IMG/VR virus record: IMGVR_UViG_3300028603_000021
Span: 96,001-160,000 of that record
Reading direction: 5' to 3' (one strand)
Source of the DNA: a virus
Taxonomy: Duplodnaviria > Caudoviricetes
DNA: 64,000 nucleotides
The notes beneath the pieces are model-generated. The model saw only the letters and a list, made by a program, of their open reading frames with translations, was not told the DNA's origin and made no database searches. Each line of letters opens with the position of its first letter. Positions within the stretch are counted from its first letter, which is position 1. Below, one piece after another: positions 10,008 through 18,848 of the stretch. A program made the translations under genes and the position numbers.

Positions 10008-13000
10008 TCACGCGCCGTAGTTCCACCGCTTGATATCACCAACATGTTCTATCGTTGCCACCATATTATCCAGCTCTTGCTCAAACCTTGTGCCCGTAAC
10101 AACTACTTCAAACCTAGCTGTCTCACCGGAATCCGTTATAGCAGATGACATAGCACTACGAGTCTGACCGATGCTCCCCGTGTTGGGTGTAACGGTAAAG
10201 TTTGGTGCTTTGGTTATAGAGTAACCTGGATCTACCGACGCCAGTGTGAACAAACTACCCATATTATTAAGACTACTCGACCCCGACGGCGGCGCTACAT
10301 CGTCTGTCGGTAACGAGGGGAGTGTTCCGGGTTTTGGAGGAATCGTAACTGGCTTAAGCCAACCTTCTTCATCTCTTTCGTTTATCCTGTCTAAATATCC
10401 CTTAGCCCCTTCTGAAGGAATTGAAAAAACTGCCCTGATTGTATCTATGATACTACCCACAAGGGTAGGTGGTGGATACAACAGCTTTCCAGCTTCCGCA
10501 TACAGAACATCTAACCCTTTTTGGGCATAAGCCATAAATTGACTAACATTGTCTTCACGGATAAACCTCATCATAAGCTGGTTTAACCCCATGTTAGTTT
10601 CCATAACTGCTTGCGATGCTGTAGTTAGAGCCGCCGTTTGCTCAGCCAAAGAAGCCACCAACCCACCCAGCTGGGATTCAACTATAGCGTCTATCCTATC
10701 GTGCTGGTCTTTCTGTGCTGCATCTAAAGCATCTTGAATTTCCTTCTTTGTTTTCTCGCTGTCTAAGTCACCGCCTTGCTGTACTGTTTTTATCAAGCTC
10801 ATCAAGACGTTGACATCATCTATGCCAGTTATCTTACGCATCTCTAGAAGAGCACCAACAGCATAGTTGCTGCTGAAAACAGATTTAGAATCACCAAAGT
10901 CTACACCTTGAAGCATAGCGTTATCTGTGAAGAAAGATATCCTGTTACTCATAACCGACATCTTACCGGTCACTATATCCTCAAGAGAAGACCCAAGAGA
11001 CAGGTCAAGAGCCATCATAGCGGGGTCATCCAGAGAACGCTTGATACCTCCCTGGATCATCTGCATAACCTGGTCAAAGACTTGAGGGTTAGTCTGTATT
11101 ATATCCCCGAGGGGAGTGCCACTTTTAACGAGATTAATGCGAAAACTCGCTACTTCTTTCTGTAGCTCGTCACTGTTACGAGCAAGGTTCTGCAACTTCA
11201 GAGACTGTGTAGTGTTCAGAAGAGCTTGAGTGACAGCATTTACAGTAAACGCGCTTATGTTGCCTTCTGCATCCGCTCCGGCTCCCACAAACAGATCCAT
11301 TGTCTTAGCTATATCTGTTGAGCCAAACCCCTGTGCAGTAGCCATCATACCAGTTATAGATTCTGGGTTGAGCCCATACGCCCCGCCTATCCTAGCAGAA
11401 AGAAGAGCCGCCCGGTCTATACCTATACCTCGACCAGCTAGCTGTGTAGCAGCAGTAGAAGTAAGGCCACCAAGCTCGTCTGAAGTTATACCCATGCTAT
11501 ACAGCCATGACCTGCCCTGGTCATCCCTGGTACTTGCCACCATTTCATCTAAAAATCTGTTACCAGTCCCTATGCCTAAACGTGCAGCAGCTTCGTCATC
11601 ATAGTAATATCCAAAATTACCTTTAGCAAACCCTGGACGTGATGCGGTCAGAGACATAAGGCCAGCTTGGCTGTTTTGCCAGTTACCAACCATTCTTTTA
11701 GGGTCTAAAAGTGTTTGGGCAATGTTCATACCCATAATTTCTTCTCTAGATTTTATAATTCCCATACCGCGTAACATTTCATCGCCACTACCGAATAAAC
11801 CGGTAGCACCAAGTATGCCACCAGCCGCAGCTAAAGCCAAGCCGGGGATAACTTTCTTCCCACCCGTTGCAGCCAAAGCAAAACCGGCACCAGTAATACC
11901 AAGACCAGTTCCGGCCACAGTCTGATTCCAGCCAAGCTCGAACTGCGCATTCTGTGCAAGAGCAGAACCTAAAACAGACCCAATCTCTCCCTGCTGACCT
12001 ATAGCGCTTAAGGTAGGCCTTGTAACATAAGTATACGGGTCTTGCAGCATGATACGAGATGCATTAGCACCTATAGATAACATGCCCATCAGACTTATTG
12101 TGCCTGAAAGAACCTTCTGCAACCCGGTTTTAGTCTCTTTGTTACTCTCCTTAAAGAGAGAATCCAGCTGTGAAAGTAGCTTATTCTTAGCACTCACCGC
12201 GCTGAGCATCTCAGTTCTCTCTAGCGGGTCACTGTCCCCCGTGAGCTTCTTGTAAAGATCTTGCAGCTCTTCTCTGGTGCTTATCTGCATCTCTTTGAGG
12301 ACGGCACGAGTCTCCTCAGGCACCTCAGCACCGAGGCTCTTACCGAGCCGTGCCACCTTGAGAAGCTCTAAGGCGTTTTCTTCCTCTGGAGTGTGGGAAT
12401 ATCCCGCTGTGTCACCCGTTGTTTTCCCTAAGAGAGTCCCAACCTGAGCCATGAGGTTAGACTTAGACGAGATAGCATAGCCTAGCCTCTGCCTAGCGTG
12501 CCCAGCAGGTGTGCCAGAATACTCACCATACAGGTTGGTTACATCGCCGGAGAGCATAGCATACGCTTCCTCAAGCTCTGCTCTCTGCTCCGGTGACATT
12601 GCGATACCAGTACGCTTACCACCCCTGATGGTGTTCAGTAGAGCATTGATATCAGCTTCTCTTTCTGTCCTGTGGTACTTAACATCCGTAGAAGAAACGC
12701 TGTGTTTTACTAACTTTTCTTGGAGTTTACGTACATCCGCTTCTGCCTTAGCAAAGATCAAATCAGACTTTGCCGGGATTGGCATAGCCAAACCAGCTTC
12801 TATCTTGGCTTTAAATTCAGGCCTCGTAAAAACACTCGTTAAAGCATCGGCTAAAACCCGAGCCGCTGTGTTACTTCTTTCGGCGTCAGCTGTCCTACCA
12901 CTTGCGGCTGCAAACTGGGATTGCTGGTGGAATAACCGCAGAGCGGCAACACCTGCGTCAGTATGAGCCTCACCAAACGCTAGACCCTTTGCATTATAAA

Positions 13001-13166
13001 ACGGATCATTTATGCCTGCTTCCCTAAAGATGTTGAACAACAATTTTATCTGATCGTCGTTAAGCAGCTTACGAACCTCTACCATGGAGGAGTCGTTTAG
13101 GTCAAGTCCAATCGGCTCGTTGGGCGGTGTCCCACCAGGTATGCGCGGTTTTTTAGGTATTGCCAT
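10008..13166 (-). CDS. Tape measure protein 1
   Basis: 1052 aa, Ala/Gly/Leu-rich and helical with hydrophobic segments; immediately downstream of the frameshifted chaperone pair. Confidence 0.75.
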   Translation of the reverse strand: MAIPKKPRIPGGTPPNEPIGLDLNDSSMVEVRKLLNDDQIKLLFNIFREAGINDPFYNAKGLAFGEAHTDAGVAALRLFHQQSQFAAASGRTADAERSNTAARVLADALTSVFTRPEFKAKIEAGLAMPIPAKSDLIFAKAEADVRKLQEKLVKHSVSSTDVKYHRTEREADINALLNTIRGGKRTGIAMSPEQRAELEEAYAMLSGDVTNLYGEYSGTPAGHARQRLGYAISSKSNLMAQVGTLLGKTTGDTAGYSHTPEEENALELLKVARLGKSLGAEVPEETRAVLKEMQISTREELQDLYKKLTGDSDPLERTEMLSAVSAKNKLLSQLDSLFKESNKETKTGLQKVLSGTISLMGMLSIGANASRIMLQDPYTYVTRPTLSAIGQQGEIGSVLGSALAQNAQFELGWNQTVAGTGLGITGAGFALAATGGKKVIPGLALAAAGGILGATGLFGSGDEMLRGMGIIKSREEIMGMNIAQTLLDPKRMVGNWQNSQAGLMSLTASRPGFAKGNFGYYYDDEAAARLGIGTGNRFLDEMVASTRDDQGRSWLYSMGITSDELGGLTSTAATQLAGRGIGIDRAALLSARIGGAYGLNPESITGMMATAQGFGSTDIAKTMDLFVGAGADAEGNISAFTVNAVTQALLNTTQSLKLQNLARNSDELQKEVASFRINLVKSGTPLGDIIQTNPQVFDQVMQMIQGGIKRSLDDPAMMALDLSLGSSLEDIVTGKMSVMSNRISFFTDNAMLQGVDFGDSKSVFSSNYAVGALLEMRKITGIDDVNVLMSLIKTVQQGGDLDSEKTKKEIQDALDAAQKDQHDRIDAIVESQLGGLVASLAEQTAALTTASQAVMETNMGLNQLMMRFIREDNVSQFMAYAQKGLDVLYAEAGKLLYPPPTLVGSIIDTIRAVFSIPSEGAKGYLDRINERDEEGWLKPVTIPPKPGTLPSLPTDDVAPPSGSSSLNNMGSLFTLASVDPGYSITKAPNFTVTPNTGSIGQTRSAMSSAITDSGETARFEVVVTGTRFEQELDNMVATIEHVGDIKRWNYGA

Positions 13167-13169
13167 TAA

Positions 13170-13505
13170 TTACTCACCTCTGCGACGTTGCTCAGCGTCT
13201 ATGACAGAAAACATATCGTCGTCTACATCTAGAGAATCTAGGTCGTCTCCTAGGTAGTCCTCAACCATGCTGAGCCAGTTCGGGTCTCCTTCTTCGATCA
13301 TCTGGTCAACGCGGCGAGCGATATCCATATCCTCTTGCTCTGCTTTTGTAACTTCCTTACGGTTACCCAAGAGAAGCTCCACGACGGTGTAGATGTTGTA
13401 GTGTTCTTCTGTCCACTCATCGACCTCCGGGGCGAAAGGTAAGTTACCGTCGTGTTTCTTTCTCCAGGCGTCGATTATGTTCGACCAGCGATAAGTGGCT
13501 AGGAG
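13170..13505 (-). CDS. Tail assembly chaperone, frameshift extension (lambda gpT-equivalent part)
   Basis: The -1 frame is open from the slippery site through the annotated 13170-13382 ORF (LLATYRWSNIIDAWRKKHDGNLPFAPEVDEW...). Confidence 0.8.
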   Translation of the reverse strand, partial: LLATYRWSNIIDAWRKKHDGNLPFAPEVDEWTEEHYNIYTVVELLLGNRKEVTKAEQEDMDIARRVDQMIEEGDPNWLSMVEDYLGDDLDSLDVDDDMFSVIDAEQRRRGE

Positions 13506-13954
13506 TTTTTTACTTCGTCATCCGAAAGCACAGTTTCATCCAGCCACTTAGCAAGGAGAACGATAACCACGCTCACGAACGAGTCTTCTGACTCGCCTTT
13601 GTTATAGACTTCTTCTACCGTGTACTTATCGAACACAGCGCTGTACTCAGTATCAACCTTGGGGTCGAACGGGTACTCCTTACCGTCTACCAGTATACGG
13701 TGCACGTATGCGTTAAGCTGACCCCAGTACTGAAGAACCAGGGTTCCAGAGTTTTCGTCGTCTGGGTCGTAGCCATATTCCTTTATCTTGCGGAACGACC
13801 AGGCCTTTCCCTTGTGCTTGCCAGCGATAGTCGGACGCTTGAATGTTACCTTGCAATCAAACCCAGGAACCTCGAAAGGCTCACTCTCTTCGTTGATCAA
13901 CAAGCCTACGAGTTTAGTCTCTGCTTCCATGTTATCTTGTCCTTTCTTTACCAT
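13499..13954 (-). CDS. Tail assembly chaperone (lambda gpG-equivalent)
   Basis: Between tube and tape measure; ends GTA AAA AAC TCC TAG. Start is ATG 13954 (leaderless) or ATG 13930 (AAGGA RBS). Confidence 0.75.
   Translation of the reverse strand: MVKKGQDNMEAETKLVGLLINEESEPFEVPGFDCKVTFKRPTIAGKHKGKAWSFRKIKEYGYDPDDENSGTLVLQYWGQLNAYVHRILVDGKEYPFDPKVDTEYSAVFDKYTVEEVYNKGESEDSFVSVVIVLLAKWLDETVLSDDEVKNS
13505..13511 (-). other. Programmed -1 ribosomal frameshift slippery heptamer A AAA AAC
   Basis: X XXY YYZ heptamer in frame, two codons before the stop; the -1 frame joins the next ORF. Confidence 0.8.
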
Positions 13955-13989
13955 AGTTTTTATTATATCACACAAGTGAAAATTCCAAG

Positions 13990-14015
13990 AAAAAACCCTC
14001 CTTTCTCAAGGAGGG
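13990..14015 (-). terminator. Intrinsic terminator after tube gene 2
   Basis: CCCTCCTT-GAGA-AAGGAGGG stem followed by TTTTTT on the minus strand. Confidence 0.8.
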
Positions 14016-14036
14016 CTGCTCTGCGTAGTAAAAACG

Positions 14037-14729
14037 CTAGCTTGAGTATCCCCACATAACGTCGTACAAGATCTCTGACATACCGACCTTGTTATCACCG
14101 TTGTTGTCTCTCAAGGCATCCTTCATGGCCTCGCTGAGCCAAGAGCCGCTTATCGGACGGGCTACTGCGTTCACGCTGTCCATGATAACAGCCTGGTTAG
14201 AAGACATGGAGATAGAAGCACTCTGCAAGACACAGACATACATGCCTATGCTGCTGCTTCTAGCTTTCACATCCCCAGGCTTAGCAGGTTGGTTGTCGAA
14301 GGTTATGTTTGATTTGTTGTAGCTGTCTGAAACTCTGTTCCTAGTAGCGAGGATGAACATAAAAGGAAACATCTGCTTGCCAGTCCTAGCATCTATAACC
14401 GCCGGAGATGCGTTTGTAAGGCTCACAGGGGACTCGTATGTTTTTCCTACGTGAGCCCACAGGGGGTTGAAGGCACCTAGGTTACGGAAATCCGCACCGT
14501 CTATCGTGGCCTTTTCTAGACGTATAGTAGTCTGCTGGAACCCAGACACAAGGACGGGCAGGGGAGTGCCGATAGTATTCTCTGCTCTACTCCCGAAATT
14601 GTCATCTACATTGATATTCTGTGCCATTCCAACGGTCTTAAGCCTGACACTGCTCGCAGTTGCAGCGGCTGGGGAATAGTCCTCAGGCGGAACGAGCACT
14701 TGGATTGTTGCGAAATGGGAAACTCTCAT
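14037..14729 (-). CDS. Tail tube protein paralogue 2
   Basis: KTVGMAQNINVDDNFGSRAENTIGTPLP resembles the SPO1/Twort-type tube motif (VGRAQS...YGT..VYEIGS..P); GGAGG RBS. Confidence 0.7.
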   Translation of the reverse strand: MRVSHFATIQVLVPPEDYSPAAATASSVRLKTVGMAQNINVDDNFGSRAENTIGTPLPVLVSGFQQTTIRLEKATIDGADFRNLGAFNPLWAHVGKTYESPVSLTNASPAVIDARTGKQMFPFMFILATRNRVSDSYNKSNITFDNQPAKPGDVKARSSSIGMYVCVLQSASISMSSNQAVIMDSVNAVARPISGSWLSEAMKDALRDNNGDNKVGMSEILYDVMWGYSS

Positions 14730-14792
14730 GTTTGTGTTTACCTCCGAGATAATCGGTTATAAAAGAAGCTAGATGGATTTATTATAGCATGG

Positions 14793-16208
14793 CTATATGG
14801 AAAGCTCCCACCTTACTGTTTTACATCCGAATACCTGATAAAACCCCTCTGCCGCAGCCATCTCTTTCTCAGAAGAATACTCCATCTCGGGGTTTCTCTT
14901 TTTAACGTTCTTGCGTTGAAACTGCCATCTGTCTGCCAAAACTCTGCCGTTTGTGTAGTATAAGCGTGGGGACGTGCTTACTGATTTCTCAGAAAAGCCG
15001 TTAGACCTGTATAATCCTCCGTCGCTGTATGCCATGTCTGAGTATGAAACTATCTTCTCTGGAGAGTAATGCTTAACGAAGTAAGACAGCAGCTTAGAAA
15101 AACCACCCACCACAAGTGTGTGCCTGAGAACTGCAAACCTTGACAGATACCACCCAGACTGGCTTTTCTTCATGCCCATAACCGCAACAAGACGTGAGGA
15201 GCTGTCAAACAAACCCAGGCGTATACGTGCGTCTACGCTTCCCTGAAGGTGGTTATGTGAAAGGAATTCCCTGTAGTCTTCGGTTGAAACATCAGAAACA
15301 GTGGTTTTCCTAGCGTATACCCGGTTAGTTTCTCTGCCGAGCTTGTTTTTCGCCCAAGACAGCACAAGATCAAAATCAGTCAGGCTGTCGTACCACACGT
15401 GGTACAGTTTTATCCCAGCTCTTGCAGCGGCCTCTGTTTTCTCTTGGTGATACATCCTGGGCTTGTGCAGAGAGCTGTGCCAGTATACTCCGTTTATCTC
15501 GAAAGCCACTTTCTCGTCAGAGAACCACAGATCCAGCTCTTGCCCGTTATCTAACAGGTCTTTCTTGTTAGCCTCTCCGCCTAAGTTATCAAGCAGGTGT
15601 TTGTGAAGCGGAGAAATCTGACACACCGGGCACCCGTAGCCCGATAGATGGTTGTTCGGTTGCTGCTTGAAGACATGTCCGTTAGGACAGACTATAGACA
15701 CTTTGTCTACAGCGGTGATGTAGTCAACCATTGAGTAATTATACTCAACATCCAGAGTACTTCTAGCCTTTTCGATGAATGTCTCTGTTGTTGCCCTTTT
15801 AGAGAGCCCCTTCTTTATGTTGCCGCAAGACGGGCATCCCTGCCCCCTCAGATGTGCGTCTGGGGTTTGGTAGAAAGCTCCGTGTTCTGGGCAGACTATC
15901 TCGACCTTTTCTCTAGCGTTAGTATAAGAAACCCGCGAGTAGTCGTAGATGTCGCCGTGAGCCTGCTTAGCTCTCTTTTCGAACTCCTCTGCTGTACTCC
16001 TAGCAGCTCGATCTCTAGCTGCACACATCATACACCCATGACCCTTAGCGTGGGAGTACGGAATCTGTGTGAACTCTCCGTGCTCCGGGCATATAAAAGT
16101 AGCAGGGCGCTCAGCGCCCCGATACTCGTATCTCTCGTAGCTGTATCTTCCGTCGTGGACGTTTGATAGGTTAGCGGGGGTGTATTTATCTGGTATAACC
16201 AAAATCAT
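14793..16208 (-). CDS. Zn-ribbon array (3 repeats) + Vsr/EDxHD-like endonuclease + GNAT-like domain; Hef-like free-standing homing endonuclease A
   Basis: CPxHGxFxQxPxxHxxGxGCxxC repeats; ELDLWF...AFEINGVYWH; C-terminal YAR...NHLQG...VVGGFSKL...SYSD...G.LY...GF. Confidence 0.75.
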   Translation of the reverse strand: MILVIPDKYTPANLSNVHDGRYSYERYEYRGAERPATFICPEHGEFTQIPYSHAKGHGCMMCAARDRAARSTAEEFEKRAKQAHGDIYDYSRVSYTNAREKVEIVCPEHGAFYQTPDAHLRGQGCPSCGNIKKGLSKRATTETFIEKARSTLDVEYNYSMVDYITAVDKVSIVCPNGHVFKQQPNNHLSGYGCPVCQISPLHKHLLDNLGGEANKKDLLDNGQELDLWFSDEKVAFEINGVYWHSSLHKPRMYHQEKTEAAARAGIKLYHVWYDSLTDFDLVLSWAKNKLGRETNRVYARKTTVSDVSTEDYREFLSHNHLQGSVDARIRLGLFDSSSRLVAVMGMKKSQSGWYLSRFAVLRHTLVVGGFSKLLSYFVKHYSPEKIVSYSDMAYSDGGLYRSNGFSEKSVSTSPRLYYTNGRVLADRWQFQRKNVKKRNPEMEYSSEKEMAAAEGFYQVFGCKTVRWELSI

Positions 16209-16251
16209 CCCTTCTTGCTAACTGTATCTTACCACAGCGGGAACAATGTGT

Positions 16252-16965
16252 CTAGTCTTGGCTTATCCTAGCTGAGGGGCTTCCGCCAATGGCACCAGTG
16301 CTACCACCACTACCCCCAGTTGGTAGGGGCACGTTGTTAGTCAGGTACTCGTTAACCATGTTGCTGGCGTCGAAGAACATTTCTTCGTAGGTGTATTTAT
16401 ACCCTGTCAGGCTCACGTTGTGCACAACCAGGACATCCCCAGACGAGACTGCGAACGAAGAACTTCTAGGCATCAGTGCGTATATATCATACCTGGTAGA
16501 GGTTGAGTCTTCTTTGCTTCTGAGAAAGAAGTAACTGTAGAGAAGAGCGTCGTCGATACCTATGTTCTTCTGAACCTCATCGGAGTACCAGAACTCTGGT
16601 GTGCTGAGGTAGTGGTATGCGTTCCTTCGATCTAGCTGGAGCCTGTCTACCGTGACGTTGACGGAGAAGTTGTTAGGTACCATGCGTGGGCGGGTAGGGG
16701 AACCGATTCCGTAGATGGCTTGTGTACCGTAGTCCTCGTCCACCCTGACCTGACGAGCGATACCGACAGTCTTGAAGATATCCTTGTTGGCCTGTAACGG
16801 CTTAGACCCATCCTTAAGGTGGGTACGAAGGTCGTCAATCGCCTCAAAGACAGCAGCCTCGTCGATCTCTCCCCCAGTGATAGTTCCTGAGGCCTTCTTG
16901 GTGTACAGCAGCGCAGCCAAAGATAAAACTTTGATTTCTGCTAGTGGACTAGTTCTTATTGCCAT
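16252..16965 (-). CDS. Tail tube protein paralogue 1
   Basis: KTVGIARQVRVDEDYGTQAIYGIGSPTRP motif; follows the sheath; AGGAG RBS. Confidence 0.7.
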   Translation of the reverse strand: MAIRTSPLAEIKVLSLAALLYTKKASGTITGGEIDEAAVFEAIDDLRTHLKDGSKPLQANKDIFKTVGIARQVRVDEDYGTQAIYGIGSPTRPRMVPNNFSVNVTVDRLQLDRRNAYHYLSTPEFWYSDEVQKNIGIDDALLYSYFFLRSKEDSTSTRYDIYALMPRSSSFAVSSGDVLVVHNVSLTGYKYTYEEMFFDASNMVNEYLTNNVPLPTGGSGGSTGAIGGSPSARISQD

Positions 16966-16997
16966 GTATTATCTCCTGGTGTAAAACTAATCTTATT

Positions 16998-18773
16998 CTA
17001 CGATGTTGATGGTGGATAGCACAACTCCCACTTCCTAGTACCAGGGCCGTATATGTAGTGCAGCCCGTTTTCGTTCAGTATCTCTTCCGCAGTTTTTTCC
17101 TCGGAGTACCCAGGGAAATTTACTAGGTATCTACGCTGGAATCTGCGCCTGCCGAATATATCAGTGTTGTTAGTTATAAAAAGTCTAGACCTAGTTTCTC
17201 TGACTTTTCTGAAGCCATGTCCATTATACACGTTACCTAAGGAATATCTGTTATCAGAGTACGTGACTACATGATCACGGTTGAAGCTCTTCAGAAGTTT
17301 GGAAAAGCCGCCGACGACGTTTGTGAACTTCAGCGAGCAGAATCTCTGGAGGGTATCGCCAGTGAACCCCATGACAGCTACTAGGCTACCGTTATATCTG
17401 AGGCCTTTCCTCTCTTTAGACATAACTCTACCGCCTTCTAGGTGATTATCCTTAAGAAAGGCGGAATACTCTGATTGTGATATGTCTTCTGTCACGCACT
17501 CTCTGGCGTATATCCTGGTCTTGCTTTTACCTATCAGATTCAGCAGAAAACTCTCTACCAGCTCGGGGTTATCTCTTATCTCTGAATCCCATATCTGCAC
17601 CAGCTGTATGCCAGCTGCTTCACACGCCTCAAACTTCTCCTGGTGATACATCTGTGGCATGAACTTATGGTAGTAAAGACCGTTTATCTCTATCCCTACC
17701 CTATACTCTGGGAGGTAGATATCTAGCTGTTTCGGTGGGATGATCTGATAGGTGTTTATCATCATCTCTTCGCCAACCAGCATATCTATAACAGCCTTAT
17801 GCGGAGCAGAAACAGTCTGACACTTTGGACAGCCGCCGTGATGGGCGCTTGCATGTACATGCCCGGTCACAGTAAAAGTCAGCCCGTGTTCCGCACACGT
17901 GACTGTGAGGGGGTCAAAATATCCAGAATAACCTTCGTACTTCCACCCAGGTCTTCCGTACTTGCTCAGATACGTTGAAAAATCCATCCCTTCTTTGCTG
18001 TCGTCGTAGCATTTTCTACACCCATGTCCTCCTAGATGGTCGTATGGTCGCTGTAAGAAATCTCCGTGCACAGGGCATGTAATCCTTGCCATAACCCCAA
18101 CGCGATCGGATATTTTATCGTAACCATACTTTTCCCCGTGCACCTGCTTAGAGGCATAGATAAAGTCCTCCTTAAGCAGAGTACGATTCGGGGCGCAGCT
18201 AGGACACCCCTGACCCTGTAGGTGCTTGTTTGGCGTTTGCAAGAAAGCTCCGTGAGTTGGACATAAGATAGTTACTTTAACTCCGTCACCACGGTAGTCT
18301 ACCTCAGAGTAGTCATAAGTATCTCCGTGTTTCTCTCTGCTCTGGAGTATAAACTCTTCCTGGCTTTTTGTTTTCTCTCTGCTGATCCTGTCGTAGCTAC
18401 ATTTTACGCACCCAGCCCCGTTCATATGGTTAGCCGGAGACTGAGAAAAATCTCCGTGAACAGGGCAACCGATCACTACTGGGGTTTTGGTTCCGTCTAA
18501 CACAACCTTATCGTATGAATACCTATTCCCGTGTACAGCTCTAGACCTGGTTATAAACTCATCTAGCGTTACTCTTCTCCCGGCTCTTGCATACCCGCAA
18601 GCAGGACACCCAGACTTGCTGTGTATATGGTTAGCTGGGCTTTGCCAGAAAGAACCGTGTATAGGACATGTTATATCAACCTTTGCCCGGTTATTTACGT
18701 AGTTAACATTTTCATACGTATAAAAACCACCATGAACTTTCAGCGCTCTTTCTACGAAGTCTTCTGTAGTCAT
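16998..18773 (-). CDS. Zn-ribbon array (5 repeats) + endonuclease + GNAT-like domain; Hef-like homing endonuclease B
   Basis: Same architecture as 14793-16208; QLDIYLPEYRVGIEINGLYYH. Confidence 0.75.
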   Translation of the reverse strand: MTTEDFVERALKVHGGFYTYENVNYVNNRAKVDITCPIHGSFWQSPANHIHSKSGCPACGYARAGRRVTLDEFITRSRAVHGNRYSYDKVVLDGTKTPVVIGCPVHGDFSQSPANHMNGAGCVKCSYDRISREKTKSQEEFILQSREKHGDTYDYSEVDYRGDGVKVTILCPTHGAFLQTPNKHLQGQGCPSCAPNRTLLKEDFIYASKQVHGEKYGYDKISDRVGVMARITCPVHGDFLQRPYDHLGGHGCRKCYDDSKEGMDFSTYLSKYGRPGWKYEGYSGYFDPLTVTCAEHGLTFTVTGHVHASAHHGGCPKCQTVSAPHKAVIDMLVGEEMMINTYQIIPPKQLDIYLPEYRVGIEINGLYYHKFMPQMYHQEKFEACEAAGIQLVQIWDSEIRDNPELVESFLLNLIGKSKTRIYARECVTEDISQSEYSAFLKDNHLEGGRVMSKERKGLRYNGSLVAVMGFTGDTLQRFCSLKFTNVVGGFSKLLKSFNRDHVVTYSDNRYSLGNVYNGHGFRKVRETRSRLFITNNTDIFGRRRFQRRYLVNFPGYSEEKTAEEILNENGLHYIYGPGTRKWELCYPPSTS

Positions 18774-18788
18774 GTCTTCCCTTCAGGT

Positions 18789-18823
18789 AAAAAAGTAGGA
18801 GCCTGCCAGTGTGGGCAAGCTCC
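18789..18823 (-). terminator. Intrinsic terminator after the sheath gene
   Basis: GGAGCTTGCC-CACACT-GGCAGGCTCC stem, then TACTTTTTT. Confidence 0.75.
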
Positions 18824-18826
18824 CTT

Positions 18827-18835
18827 ATTATAGCA
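18827..18835 (-). promoter_or_regulatory. Extended -10 element TGCTATAAT upstream of endonuclease B
   Basis: Perfect TGnTATAAT abutting the terminator stem. Confidence 0.6.
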
Positions 18836-18848
18836 CAGGTTGTTACTC

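Noticed and set aside
10005-10040. Frameshift fusing the two tape-measure-like genes
   Set aside because: No slippery heptamer; the second frame has a stop just upstream of 10026; an ATG follows the first stop directly
14730-16251. Endonuclease A as an intron ORF splitting one tube gene
   Set aside because: Both flanking genes are complete paralogues with their own RBS and stop; no group I core elements seen. The same holds for the other three copies.
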